Shown here one piece after another: positions 36,904-46,069 of a DNA stretch of 46,182 nt. Positions within the stretch are counted from its first letter, which is position 1. Each line of letters opens with the position of its first letter. Made by a program: the position numbers and the translations under genes. The DNA lies in IMG/VR virus record IMGVR_UViG_3300049000_000041, positions 1 to 46,182 of that record; one strand, 5' to 3'. The notes under the pieces were generated by a model. It worked only from the letters and a program-made list of their open reading frames with translations, had not been told where the DNA came from and searched no databases. Source of the stretch: a virus (taxonomy: Duplodnaviria > Caudoviricetes).

Positions 36904-37095
36904 TTGGTGTTCATGCTGTTCGAGCCAATCCCCACCGAAAACCGAGACATCGTCAACATCACGCTGGGTGTGCTGGGTGTGCTGGGTGTGCTGGGCAGCA
37001 CCTTCTGCGGCATTGTGGCGTACTAGTACGGCAGCATGAAGGGGAGTGTGGCAAAGAGCGCACTGTTGGCGCAGGTCCCGCCGCCAACTTTCTGA
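36904..37095 (+). pseudogene. Remnant of a 3TM-type holin
   Basis: IPTENRDIVNITLGVLG...GIVAY*YGSMKGS..KS.LLA with in-frame TAG at 37024; no 5' part. Confidence 0.65.
36963..36995 (+). repeat. 9-bp tandem repeat (GCTGGGTGT) x3.7
   Basis: Read directly from the sequence. Confidence 0.9.
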
Positions 37096-37244
37096 CTGGC
37101 ACCTCCCTAAATTGCATGTGAACGCCAAAATCTTCAAATCGCCAAATTTAGCCGTTGTAATTTGCACACTTAGGCGGCGCCATGCCGCAGCGACGTTGCA
37201 ATAAAGATAATATGTCATGACGATGTATTCACTGGCGTCCAGTC

Positions 37245-37556
37245 ATGATTTGGCTATTTGTAACGCTTGCTTCTCTTGCGCTCGGATTTCTATCCTGGAA
37301 ATCGTATTGGCTTCCCGTTCATGTCCTTGCCCGACAGGCCGAGACCTTTGGCTGGGTTCCGATAGGAACGGAAAATAACGAAGCAGACTGTTTTGACATG
37401 TTGTATGCACGCGGCAACTGGTTGGTCCGGCTACAACGTCAGAATGGGGCTCTCGAGATAGTGACGCCAGCGGTCGAGTTTCAATTCAAGAATTTTCTCG
37501 AGATAGGACAATGGATATCTGAGCAGGAGCGACCCGGGCAGCCGGATAATCACTGA
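37245..37556 (+). CDS. Membrane-anchored hypothetical protein
   Basis: N-terminal TM helix; 103 aa. Confidence 0.6.
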   Translation: MIWLFVTLASLALGFLSWKSYWLPVHVLARQAETFGWVPIGTENNEADCFDMLYARGNWLVRLQRQNGALEIVTPAVEFQFKNFLEIGQWISEQERPGQPDNH

Positions 37557-37634
37557 GAGTGCACTCTACCGCGACAACTCCCGGCGCCGATAGCAGCGTC
37601 AGGCTGGCACATTTGCCGCCTCCCGCGTCGCGAT

Positions 37635-37823
37635 TCAATGCGTACTTCTCACTTCACTGCCCAGCATCAGTAACGCGGATCTCAGCCTTTCAATGTCGGC
37701 GCTCAAATCGACGACGTATCCGGAATTATCCACTTCCAGTTTACCTGCATGAACCAACAGCATGGTCGCCAAGGCACGCCGTAAGGTGGCCAGCATCAAC
37801 GCGTCTCTATAGGTTTGCTGCAT
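37635..37823 (-). CDS. Small helical protein, paralog B
   Basis: GAGGAG RBS before ATG 37823; similar to 37913-38092. Confidence 0.55.
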   Translation of the reverse strand: MQQTYRDALMLATLRRALATMLLVHAGKLEVDNSGYVVDLSADIERLRSALLMLGSEVRSTH

Positions 37824-37912
37824 GTCTTTCTCCTCGGTAGTCTTTCCCGACATCCAGTAGCTTGCAACTGTTGACCTATCCGGTTAATTGTAGGTGCATG
37901 CCTCCCAATTGT

Positions 37913-38092
37913 CTAATCTTCAGAGTGCCCGAGGAGGATCAGTGCACCTGTCAAAAGCTCGATTTCGGCGCAGAGATCGGCTGCCGCTCCCAGCGAGTTT
38001 AGTAGCCTGATCGACGCAAGCGCCTCCCGTACAGCGGAAATGACCGAAACGTCTCGTTCTGCCTGGCGAATCAGCGCCTCTACCCTATCCAT
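37913..38092 (-). CDS. Small helical protein, paralog A (59 aa, MDRVEALIRQAERD...)
   Basis: GGAGG RBS; translated by hand and absent from the ORF track. Confidence 0.55.
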   Translation of the reverse strand: MDRVEALIRQAERDVSVISAVREALASIRLLNSLGAAADLCAEIELLTGALILLGHSED

Positions 38093-38269
38093 GTTGCCTC
38101 CGATGTTGATTACAGAGTACGGGGGCTACTATTCCGCGCTTTGATCTCGATCAATCCTTTGAGCAATAAAGTCCAAATCTGTGTACTGGACCGAGCGTCG
38201 TATTGCGGAAAATGTACTTGCGCTATTCGAGCGATAGCTCATCCGGTCGCCGTAGTGTTATCTTCTGTC

Positions 38270-39793
38270 ATGAGAAAAAATGTCAGCGCCACGGCAGCTA
38301 TCATTCCGGCAGCGATTTATCTGCGCATGTCGACGGAGAGCCAGAACTATTCGACGGACCATCAGCGCGCCGCGATTACCCAATACGCGAGCGTGAACGG
38401 GATGGCGATCGTTCGAGAATATGCCGACAAAGGTAAAAGCGGCCTGGACATCAAGCGCCGGGCTGGCCTGCGCCAGTTGATCAGTGACGTGCAGGCCGGT
38501 GATGCGGCATTCAAGGTGATCATTGTGTACGACGTGAGCCGGTGGGGGCGCTTCCAGGATGTCGATGAAGCCGCCTATCATGAGCACACCTGCCGCCGCG
38601 CCGGGATCGCCGTCGCGTACTGCGCCGAGACCTTTCAGGACGACGGCAGTGCCATGGGATCGCTTTTGAAAGGCATAAAGCGAGTAATGGCGGCCGAATA
38701 TAGCCGCGAGCTGTCGGGCAAAGTTTTCGGTGCCCAGTGCCGCTTTATCGCCATGGGATACAAACAGGGTGGGCATGCCGGCTACGGCCTGCGCCGGATT
38801 TCACTCGCTGCCGACGGTACGCCGCGGCGCGCACTGAGCTATGGCGAGGCCAAAGGGACGATCACCGATCGCGTCGTGCTGAGCCTGGGACCTGCCCACG
38901 AAATCGCCATAGTCCGGCGCATGTACCGGCTTTACACCGAGGAACGCGCCAGCGAGCCCGCAATTGCGAGGTTGTTGAACTCCGAGGGAATCGAAAGTGA
39001 GTTCGGCCGGCCATGGACGCAATGCATGGTGAAATCCGTCCTCACGAACGTAAAGTACATCGGCACGCTTGTTTATAACCGTCGATCAGGAAAATTGTCC
39101 AACAGGCGCGAGCACAACGATGTAGCGGATTGGGTAATCAACGACGGCGCGATACCTCGTCTTCTTCCGCAGGCGTTGTTCAAAAAGGCTCAGGTCGAGC
39201 GGGCAAGACGAACCAGGAGATTTGCGCCAGACGAACTTTTGGATTTGCTCCGCGACTGCTACAAGCGGCACGGCAAGATTACGGCGCCGATCATAGCGGC
39301 CGACATCCTGATGCCTGACCCGCAGCTCTTCGCCCGAGCATTTGGGTCGCTGGTGACCGCTTATCGTTTGGCCGGGCTACCTAATAATGCAGTGCACGAC
39401 TTCGTCGAAAGGAAGCGCACATTGCTGGGCATGCGCAAAGCTCTATTCGATGATGTGCACGCGATGGCAAGCCGGGAGTGTGGTTCCGTCGAAATCGCAG
39501 GTTCACCGTACACGCTAATTATCAACGGCGAGATCACGGTGCGCGTCGATGTCGTTCCGTATCGCCAGCCTGTCCGAGGATCGCCAAACTGGAAGGTTCC
39601 GCTACGCGACGGCGTGAACTTCGTCGTGGTTGCGCGCCACGATCCTGCCACGGGCAATTTGCTCGACTTCTTCCTGCTCCCCGATAGTGAGTTTGCCGGG
39701 TACCCGATTTACATCAAGGCCTGCAATCTATCGCAATTCGACAGCATGCGGCACGCTTCCGTAAGCACTATGCGCTTCGGCGCCACAGCCTAA
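38270..39793 (+). CDS. Large serine recombinase
   Basis: IYLRMST catalytic motif, D.GKSG, YDVSRWGR, GG.AGYG, L.N..YIG recombinase domain. Confidence 0.92.
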   Translation: MRKNVSATAAIIPAAIYLRMSTESQNYSTDHQRAAITQYASVNGMAIVREYADKGKSGLDIKRRAGLRQLISDVQAGDAAFKVIIVYDVSRWGRFQDVDEAAYHEHTCRRAGIAVAYCAETFQDDGSAMGSLLKGIKRVMAAEYSRELSGKVFGAQCRFIAMGYKQGGHAGYGLRRISLAADGTPRRALSYGEAKGTITDRVVLSLGPAHEIAIVRRMYRLYTEERASEPAIARLLNSEGIESEFGRPWTQCMVKSVLTNVKYIGTLVYNRRSGKLSNRREHNDVADWVINDGAIPRLLPQALFKKAQVERARRTRRFAPDELLDLLRDCYKRHGKITAPIIAADILMPDPQLFARAFGSLVTAYRLAGLPNNAVHDFVERKRTLLGMRKALFDDVHAMASRECGSVEIAGSPYTLIINGEITVRVDVVPYRQPVRGSPNWKVPLRDGVNFVVVARHDPATGNLLDFFLLPDSEFAGYPIYIKACNLSQFDSMRHASVSTMRFGATA

Positions 39794-39877
39794 ACGGTAC
39801 GCAAGGAGGCACTCATCGCCGCCGCGTCGTGGCAGGGATACGCGACGAAGCTGGAGGTAGTGGTGGCCGGCTGCGGA

Positions 39878-40978
39878 TTAAGCGGCGCGCTGACGAAACG
39901 GGAATCTGGTTGATTTTTTCACCCTGTTGCTTGCATAAGCGCGCACGGGGGAATCGAAATACGTAAGCATCAACCAGGCAAAAAGAACGGAAAATACGAT
40001 CCCGCTAGTTGTAGCGAGAACGGCGCCGAATCTCGGCAGTAGCACATATGAGCACGCCTGAAGTACTGGCCAATGCAGAATATAGACGGGATACGAAATC
40101 TTCCCAAGTATGTCCATTAGTTTCGTAGGGCCGCCCGCGCTATTCGCGCCGCTCAGTAGCAGCACCGGAAGGATAATGACAACAACAGCTACATCTACTA
40201 GCGACGGTGCAGCGGCCGGGATCGCGCAAATTGCCATCATCGCCGCCGAGATCACTCCGAATGAAAGTTGCGGCCCTTTGATTCTGTGGTCGCGACGCAG
40301 GCGGAAAAGGAGAACACCAAGTAAAAACGTTCCGACAGCGCCGAAAATTTGAAGGGAAAACGGAACATGGTTAGTGCCGAAGCGAAAACTTACGCAGGCG
40401 TAAACCACAAGACATAAGGCCGTCGCGGCGCTGAGAACCGTTAGCGAAAGTCTAGGCACAAAAAGACCAAATACGACGTACGCAACGAGCTCAAAAAAGA
40501 GTGACCATTGGGGCGGATTTACGGGGAAAACGCCCGGACCATAGGCTGCGGGCAGCGAGGGAAGGCATAAACCCGACATGACGACCGCTAGAGGCGCGTA
40601 TGCATCGACCAAGAAGTGTCGGTTCGACAGCGTGAGAACAATAGCCGCAGCAATCGTTCCCGCAAGGAGTAAGGGATAGAGCCTCACGATGCGAAGAGCA
40701 TAGAATCGCATTAAACTAAAGCCGTTCAGCAGCCGTTTTTCGTACGCAAAGGCAACAACGAAGCCGCTCAACATGAAGAAGAAATTGACAGCCAAGTATT
40801 TGCGATCAAAGAGTGGCGTTCCGACGTTAATCGCGCAAGCATGAGCTGATAATACTACTAATGCAGCAACGCCGCGGAGTCCATCCAGCGTTCCGAAATG
40901 CGTACGTTGCGGACTGTCACGTGTGTCGCGTGTGTTGCCTATCTGCATACTTCCTCCCAAGGGCAGAAGTATATTCAA
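39878..40978 (-). CDS. Acyltransferase family 3 (OafA-like)
   Basis: LDGLRGVAA, AVNFFFMLSGFV, RIVRLYP, WSLFFE, ISYPVYILH; start may be 40948. Confidence 0.92.
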   Translation of the reverse strand: MNILLPLGGSMQIGNTRDTRDSPQRTHFGTLDGLRGVAALVVLSAHACAINVGTPLFDRKYLAVNFFFMLSGFVVAFAYEKRLLNGFSLMRFYALRIVRLYPLLLAGTIAAAIVLTLSNRHFLVDAYAPLAVVMSGLCLPSLPAAYGPGVFPVNPPQWSLFFELVAYVVFGLFVPRLSLTVLSAATALCLVVYACVSFRFGTNHVPFSLQIFGAVGTFLLGVLLFRLRRDHRIKGPQLSFGVISAAMMAICAIPAAAPSLVDVAVVVIILPVLLLSGANSAGGPTKLMDILGKISYPVYILHWPVLQACSYVLLPRFGAVLATTSGIVFSVLFAWLMLTYFDSPVRAYASNRVKKSTRFPFRQRAA

Positions 40979-41072
40979 AATTTATTGCACCGGGTAAATA
41001 TGCACTACGCATGTGCGTATTAGCAACACTAAAAATGGCAGGTTCAGGATACGAAACCGTTATACATGACAC

Positions 41073-41367
41073 ATGAAAGTCCAAGTCAAACCCCTGCGCC
41101 AGCGCGGCGCCCGCATCAGCGACCAGCAAATCCAGTCCTTGAACCAGCAGAAGGCGTGCTGAAACTGTACGGCATCGGCACGACGCTACAGATCACCCTG
41201 AGCGCGCACGACGATCAGCAGGACAAGCCGCTGCTGCCGGACCTGTACGATGCCAGGCTGGTGACGATGCATGGCAATGGCATGCTGTTCATCGGGCTTG
41301 AGCTACGGCCTATCCGCTGGCTGCTCAGTACGCCCAGGAGTGGTCGGTCAAGATCGTGTCGCTGTAA
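41073..41367 (+). pseudogene. Frameshifted small phage-associated gene
   Basis: Three frames join into a coherent protein (MKVQVKPLRQRG../EPAEGVL..PLLPDLYDARLVTM..GMLFIGLE/..QYAQEWSVKIV*); GC-rich codon usage. Confidence 0.55.
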
Positions 41368-41404
41368 CGGTGGCGTGGCGTCGCCAGCACGCGCCCGGCA
41401 GTCT

Positions 41405-41445
41405 CCAAGCTTACGACGATGGTTCGATTCCCTTCACCCGCTCCA
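41405..41445 (+). other. tRNA-Gly 3'-half fragment (att-core-like)
   Basis: CCAAGCT...ACGATGGTTCGATTCCCTTCACCCGCTCCA matches the 3' end of proteobacterial tRNA-Gly (glyU-type); 5' half missing; one T-stem mismatch. Confidence 0.75.
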
Positions 41446-41497
41446 GTGCTAAACTTCAAAATAGTCCTGTTCTTCGCTCCACAAAATCCGACGCGGG

Positions 41498-41525
41498 TTG
41501 CAAAATTGGTTAGATCAAGTACACT
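41498..41525 (+). promoter_or_regulatory. Putative sigma70 promoter of the three-gene operon
   Basis: TTGCAA-N16-TACACT. Confidence 0.35.
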
Positions 41526-41609
41526 CGGCAAATCCGTGAGGAGTATCAATCTCCTTGGGTCGTGACTCTCTATGCTATGTCGCTAGGTAAGTTAAATCTT
41601 GGGAAATTT

Positions 41610-42398
41610 ATGAAATCGACGTGGCAGGCTGATGGCTTGGTGAGGGTGGAGTCTGACAACGTTGACCGGTACAAACGTAACTTTCTTCAACAAGTAGTTT
41701 GCGAATTTCGATTTCCTATTCTAATGGAGCTTGGAGATCCGAAACCACCGGTTCAATTCGTCAATGCTCTTCGTAAAGACTACCCTATCTTGGAAATGGG
41801 TAATGAAGTGACGTTGGGAATCGGCGGCGGCGCCACTGGATCAAATCACGTTCACACGATGAGATCCGCGAAGAAGACTTCATCGGTTTCAATAAAGCAA
41901 AGTTCTTTAAGCATTGAAACATCTAGCTACAAAGAATTTGCTGATATGAAAAAGCAAATTATGCGGGTGGCCAAAGCAGCAATTCCCGTGATCGATAGTA
42001 ACTTTTTTACTAGAATTGGTTTGCGATACATTAATGTAATAGATTGCGAAGATGACCCCGTGCGAGGTTGGATAAATCCAGCGCTTGTAGCGCCATTGCA
42101 GGCTTCGGCGTTCTTCGGCATAAATGAATACGCCGGAAAAGTTTCTTTGCTTACGGAAGACGGCGGGTGCTTGTTGCAACATGGCCTTAAGTTCAAGCCT
42201 AACGACGGTGAGGGCGATATCATACCGCAGTATTTTATCGATATCGATACTTTTCGCAATGAAGTTGAATTAGATGATGTTGAGCATGCACTAGCGGCAA
42301 TGCATCAGCAGGCTTTTAATATCTTTGACTGGTCGATTGGCGATCTGGCTCGAGATCATTTGGTAGCCGAAAACCTTACAAAAAAACAAAGGAGGTGA
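41610..42398 (+). CDS. TIGR04255-like family protein
   Basis: Y..N.L.QVVCEFRFP, Y..F..(M/F), RIGLRYIN.I, IDID.F signature; ~260 aa. Confidence 0.8.
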   Translation: MKSTWQADGLVRVESDNVDRYKRNFLQQVVCEFRFPILMELGDPKPPVQFVNALRKDYPILEMGNEVTLGIGGGATGSNHVHTMRSAKKTSSVSIKQSSLSIETSSYKEFADMKKQIMRVAKAAIPVIDSNFFTRIGLRYINVIDCEDDPVRGWINPALVAPLQASAFFGINEYAGKVSLLTEDGGCLLQHGLKFKPNDGEGDIIPQYFIDIDTFRNEVELDDVEHALAAMHQQAFNIFDWSIGDLARDHLVAENLTKKQRR

Positions 42399-42402
42399 AA
42401 TT

Positions 42403-42927
42403 ATGGATTACTGTGTTTCCCCCGCAGACTTCCCAACAAGTTTTATAAATACGGCAATTTACGCTCCGTTTCAACCTGATCGCCCAAGAATTTCATCACC
42501 AGAGCGCGTGGAAAGTCCTACAACTGCAAAAAAGGGTGTGGATTTTTTTGATGCTGATAATAGCTCAACTTCATTATCGCCGGGGTTAGGGCAATATAAT
42601 ACGCAATTCTTTCAAAATGGCACTCCAGATGCTGATCGCTCATCTGAAAGGATCTTGCCACCAATCTCTTCCGCCGCTCAGAATGGCGTTACTGAGGAGA
42701 TAGATAAGATTGCAAAGCAACGTGTGCGTCTTATGGCTTCCAGGTATGCCGGAAACGCAGACTCATTCGAGATGGTTGCCCGCCTAGAGATTTTGAATGC
42801 ACGGATGTTAACCCGTTTACCTAGGGTTACGAATGATCAAGTTGATGCGCTTGAGGCGATAGGAAATCAGTTGGCGGAAGCGAGAGCTGAGCGAGAAGAA
42901 AGAATGAGACGACGTGGAGTAGCATAG
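42403..42927 (+). CDS. Hypothetical protein (disordered N-terminus, helical C-terminus)
   Basis: GGAGG RBS; middle gene of a tight operon. Confidence 0.8.
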   Translation: MDYCVSPADFPTSFINTAIYAPFQPDRPRISSPERVESPTTAKKGVDFFDADNSSTSLSPGLGQYNTQFFQNGTPDADRSSERILPPISSAAQNGVTEEIDKIAKQRVRLMASRYAGNADSFEMVARLEILNARMLTRLPRVTNDQVDALEAIGNQLAEARAEREERMRRRGVA

Positions 42928-42932
42928 AGCGG

Positions 42933-43610
42933 ATGAGTTTATTTATATATCCAAAGCTTAAACACGTCAGAACTGAGACACCACGTTTGTTTAGGCGGTA
43001 TCGAAGCTACAAGCGATTTTTGCAAACTGAGTTCCATCGGCTTTGTGTATATTGCCGTCAGCCGGATTCCAGTGCTCCCAACTTGAATTTCGGCGCTGAC
43101 CACTATCGACCAAAGGGTATTCCAAGGTTTGCGCCTCTTATCTGCGCCTATAGCAATCTGTACTATTGCTGCGGGAATTGCAATAGTAGGAAGAACGATT
43201 ATTGGCCTTTTGATGAAAAAGCTGGGCCATACATCGTAAATCCCTGTGATTATGAGATGGCGGCGCATTTAAAGTTTAATTCCACAACGGGAAAAGTTGA
43301 TACGAAGTCGACGCATGGCAAATATACAGAGGAGCTTTTGCAATTAAATGAGCCAGCTCTAGTCAAGTTTCGCCTGAGTGCGCTCTCGATGGAGTCTATG
43401 GTGCGCAAGGAAATTGCCTCGCAGTCGAAGGAGCTAACTTCTCTGGCTGACGACCTAAGGCTGGGGATCATTGATCATGCTGAATATCAACGTGATTTTT
43501 CCAAAACTAGTGCGCGCATAGATAGTCTTAACTACTCTTTGCAGAGCATCAACGGAGAGTTGCCACTACCTCTCATTAAAAAAATTAAGGCCAAGGTTAC
43601 GATATGCTAA
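42933..43610 (+). CDS. HNH endonuclease
   Basis: CVYC..DHYRPK..YSNLYYCC.NCN..K. Confidence 0.9.
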   Translation: MSLFIYPKLKHVRTETPRLFRRYRSYKRFLQTEFHRLCVYCRQPDSSAPNLNFGADHYRPKGIPRFAPLICAYSNLYYCCGNCNSRKNDYWPFDEKAGPYIVNPCDYEMAAHLKFNSTTGKVDTKSTHGKYTEELLQLNEPALVKFRLSALSMESMVRKEIASQSKELTSLADDLRLGIIDHAEYQRDFSKTSARIDSLNYSLQSINGELPLPLIKKIKAKVTIC

Positions 43611-43615
43611 GGCTT

Positions 43616-44647
43616 CTATTTGGTTGGTGCGACAATTTTCCCCCGTCTTAAATAGTGCCGCTGCGTCGTCTTCACGCTGTCATGCCCCAAGAGATCGCTG
43701 GCCGCCTGGTCGCCGCGGTCATCCGAAGTGTCATCCGCCGCCTTCGCGCGCAGATCGTAAAACCAAAATGCCTTGATGTCGGCCGACCGGCTCGGATTTT
43801 TCTCCGCAGCTTTTGCGCGCGCGCCATCGAAATGCCGGCGCAACGAGGACGCTGACAAGCGCTTGCCGTGCTCGTTCACCAGCAGCGCCGCCGTTCTCAC
43901 CTTGTGACTCGCCTTGCGTTCTTCAATTCGGGTCAGTAGCTCAGCCAATTTCCCGACGATCTGGATCCGCAATGGCTGTTTCGTTTTCTCCTGGGTCACG
44001 ATCAGGTGGCCGTCGATGATGTCGTGCTCGGTCATGCTAAGCGCGTCAGCCGGCCGCTGACCAGTCAGGTAGGCGAGGTCCATCGCGTCGCGCAGCACGT
44101 CGCTAGCGTGCGCGTAGACGAGCGCAAACACCTCGTCGGTGATGTAGACGGTCCGCTTGCCGAGCGTGTGACCCTTGATGCCTTCGCATGGATTCGGCAG
44201 GTCGGTATAGCCCCACCCGCGCGCTTTGTTCCACATGACCGAGAAAACGCGCTTGCACCGGTTCGCGGTAGTCGGCTTGTCGGCGTGGCCGTCAAGGAAT
44301 TTGCGAATATGCATGGGCTTGATCTTGCTCAGTGGTGCTTCCGAGAACGACGTCAATAGGTGCTTGATGTCGGACTGGAACATGCGTGCCGAACTGGCCG
44401 CCAGCTTCGGCAGCGCTTCCACGATGTACTTCTTGTGCACGTCGCCAAATGTGGCGCCGTCCTTCACGCTCGGGTCTTTGTTGAGTTCAGCGTACTTCTT
44501 CAGCGCCAGGATGAAATCCGGGCCGAGCGCGATCTCCTTTCGGGGCGCGTCCTTGGTGTGCAGATAGTAATAAACCTTGCCGCTACGCTGAGTGCGGGGG
44601 TGCATCAGCGGCGGCATGTTAAGGTTTTTTGTGTTTTTTCGGCCCAT
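43616..44647 (-). CDS. Tyrosine integrase (DUF4224-associated phage type)
   Basis: LTGQR, QEKT, YDLRAK, LLGH, HY. Confidence 0.93.
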   Translation of the reverse strand: MGRKNTKNLNMPPLMHPRTQRSGKVYYYLHTKDAPRKEIALGPDFILALKKYAELNKDPSVKDGATFGDVHKKYIVEALPKLAASSARMFQSDIKHLLTSFSEAPLSKIKPMHIRKFLDGHADKPTTANRCKRVFSVMWNKARGWGYTDLPNPCEGIKGHTLGKRTVYITDEVFALVYAHASDVLRDAMDLAYLTGQRPADALSMTEHDIIDGHLIVTQEKTKQPLRIQIVGKLAELLTRIEERKASHKVRTAALLVNEHGKRLSASSLRRHFDGARAKAAEKNPSRSADIKAFWFYDLRAKAADDTSDDRGDQAASDLLGHDSVKTTQRHYLRRGKIVAPTK

Positions 44648-44849
44648 TGCTTATCTCCGGCATTACCCATTCTTCCTCGCGCGGTTCCTCGCGGCGGCCT
44701 TCGACGGCAGCGACTGTCACAATAGGCTGCCCAATCGGGTTGACCCAAAACGGCAGCTGCATGCTCAGCAGCGCCTCGATCTGCATCGATTTCCTCTTGC
44801 GCCCCGTAAGAATTTGAACTTCTTCTTCGGTCAAAAACATGTTCGACAT
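44619..44849 (-). CDS. DUF4224-like putative excisionase
   Basis: FLT.EE...LTG.K....QIE.L....PF.VN..G.P.V; GAGGAG RBS; overlaps the int start. Confidence 0.85.
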   Translation of the reverse strand: MSNMFLTEEEVQILTGRKRKSMQIEALLSMQLPFWVNPIGQPIVTVAAVEGRREEPREEEWVMPEISNGPKKHKKP

Positions 44850-44869
44850 ATGACTCCTCGTGGATTACT

Positions 44870-46069
44870 CTAGGCTGAGCCGTCACCGCGATTGGCCTTT
44901 AACTCATCGAGATAGTCCGCCCACTGTTGCATCATCTTCCGGCGCTCCGGCAAGTGAGCGGTCCGGTTATATGCTCGACCGTTCGGGTCTTTGACTGCAT
45001 GCGCGAGCTGGTGCTCGATCAGGTCGACGCGCACGCCAAGCTCCTCGTCCAAAATCGTACGCGCCATCGCCCTAAAGCCATGCCCACTCATCACCTCCTT
45101 CCCGATACCCATACTCCGCATCGCCGCCAGAATCGCGTTGTCGCTCATAGGGCGCGTGGTGGTCCGCCCACCTGGGAATACGTACGTCCCATCGCCAGTC
45201 AGCGCCCGAAGCTCCGTCAGGATCGTGACGGCCTGCGTAGACAGTGGCACAATGTGATCTGTGGACGTTTTCGTCACAGCAAACCGCCACTCAGCCGCGC
45301 CTAAATCGATATCGTTCCATGCGGCCTTGCGCAGTTCACCTGGCCGAACAAAAACTAGGGGCGCAAGTCGCAGCGCGCATATCACGGGAAACGTGCCGGC
45401 GTATCCGTCGAACGCACGAAGTAGGGCGCCTACTTTGCTCGGGTCGGTCACCGCCGCGAAGTGTGTTGCCTGCGGTGGGGCGAGTGCGCCGCGTAAGTCT
45501 CCGGAGGGGTCGCGACTGGCGCGGCTAGTCGCTACGGCGTATCGGAACACTTGCCCGCAGTTGCTCAATGCTCGATGCGCAGTTTCGATCGCTCCTCGGC
45601 TTTCAATTCGCTGGATTACCTCGAGAAGTTCAGGTGCCAGGATTTCGCCGACCGGCCGTGTGCCGATCCAAGGGAAGATGTCTCGCTCGAGCCGGCGAAT
45701 AATCCGTTCTCCGTGAGAGGGCACCCAGCCGGCGGAAAATTTCTGGTACCACTCACGCGCAACTACCTCGAAGCTGTTTGTCGCGGCGGAGCTTTTGGCG
45801 GCCTTCACGGCCTTTTTGTTCGCGCCGGGGTCGATCCCATCCGCCAAAAGCTTACGCGCACCTTCGCGACGATCTCGCGCGCCCTTGAGACTTACATCTG
45901 GGTATCCACCCAACGCCAAGAGTTTCTCTTTCGCCTCGAACCGATATTTGAATCGCCACAGCTTTCCGCCGGCAGGGGTGACGAGCAAAAACAGGCCCCG
46001 CTCATCAAAAAGTTTCGCCGGCTTAGGCCCGGGCTTTGCGTTTCGAACAGATGTATCAGTGAGGGGCAT
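44870..46069 (-). CDS. P4/IntA-like tyrosine integrase with N-terminal arm-binding domain
   Basis: LTDT.VRNAKP..KLFDE.GL.L.V...GGKLWRFKY, G.YP.VSL; RPGELR, HGFR, QLAH, AYNR. Confidence 0.96.
   Translation of the reverse strand: MPLTDTSVRNAKPGPKPAKLFDERGLFLLVTPAGGKLWRFKYRFEAKEKLLALGGYPDVSLKGARDRREGARKLLADGIDPGANKKAVKAAKSSAATNSFEVVAREWYQKFSAGWVPSHGERIIRRLERDIFPWIGTRPVGEILAPELLEVIQRIESRGAIETAHRALSNCGQVFRYAVATSRASRDPSGDLRGALAPPQATHFAAVTDPSKVGALLRAFDGYAGTFPVICALRLAPLVFVRPGELRKAAWNDIDLGAAEWRFAVTKTSTDHIVPLSTQAVTILTELRALTGDGTYVFPGGRTTTRPMSDNAILAAMRSMGIGKEVMSGHGFRAMARTILDEELGVRVDLIEHQLAHAVKDPNGRAYNRTAHLPERRKMMQQWADYLDELKANRGDGSA

Noticed and set aside
36963-36995. Tandem repeat as CRISPR or phase-variation tract
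   Set aside because: No spacers; it is an in-frame 9-mer inside a pseudogene; no CRISPR array was seen in the window
32480-39793. Invertible tail-fibre cassette or diversity-generating retroelement
   Set aside because: The recombinase is a large type, not a Gin/Hin invertase; no inverted fibre copy, crossover repeats, reverse transcriptase or TR/VR pair was seen
41370-41445. Intact tRNA gene
   Set aside because: No 5' acceptor strand or D-arm; only the 3' half matches
42933-43610. Septu or retron system
   Set aside because: No PtuA-like ATPase or reverse transcriptase nearby
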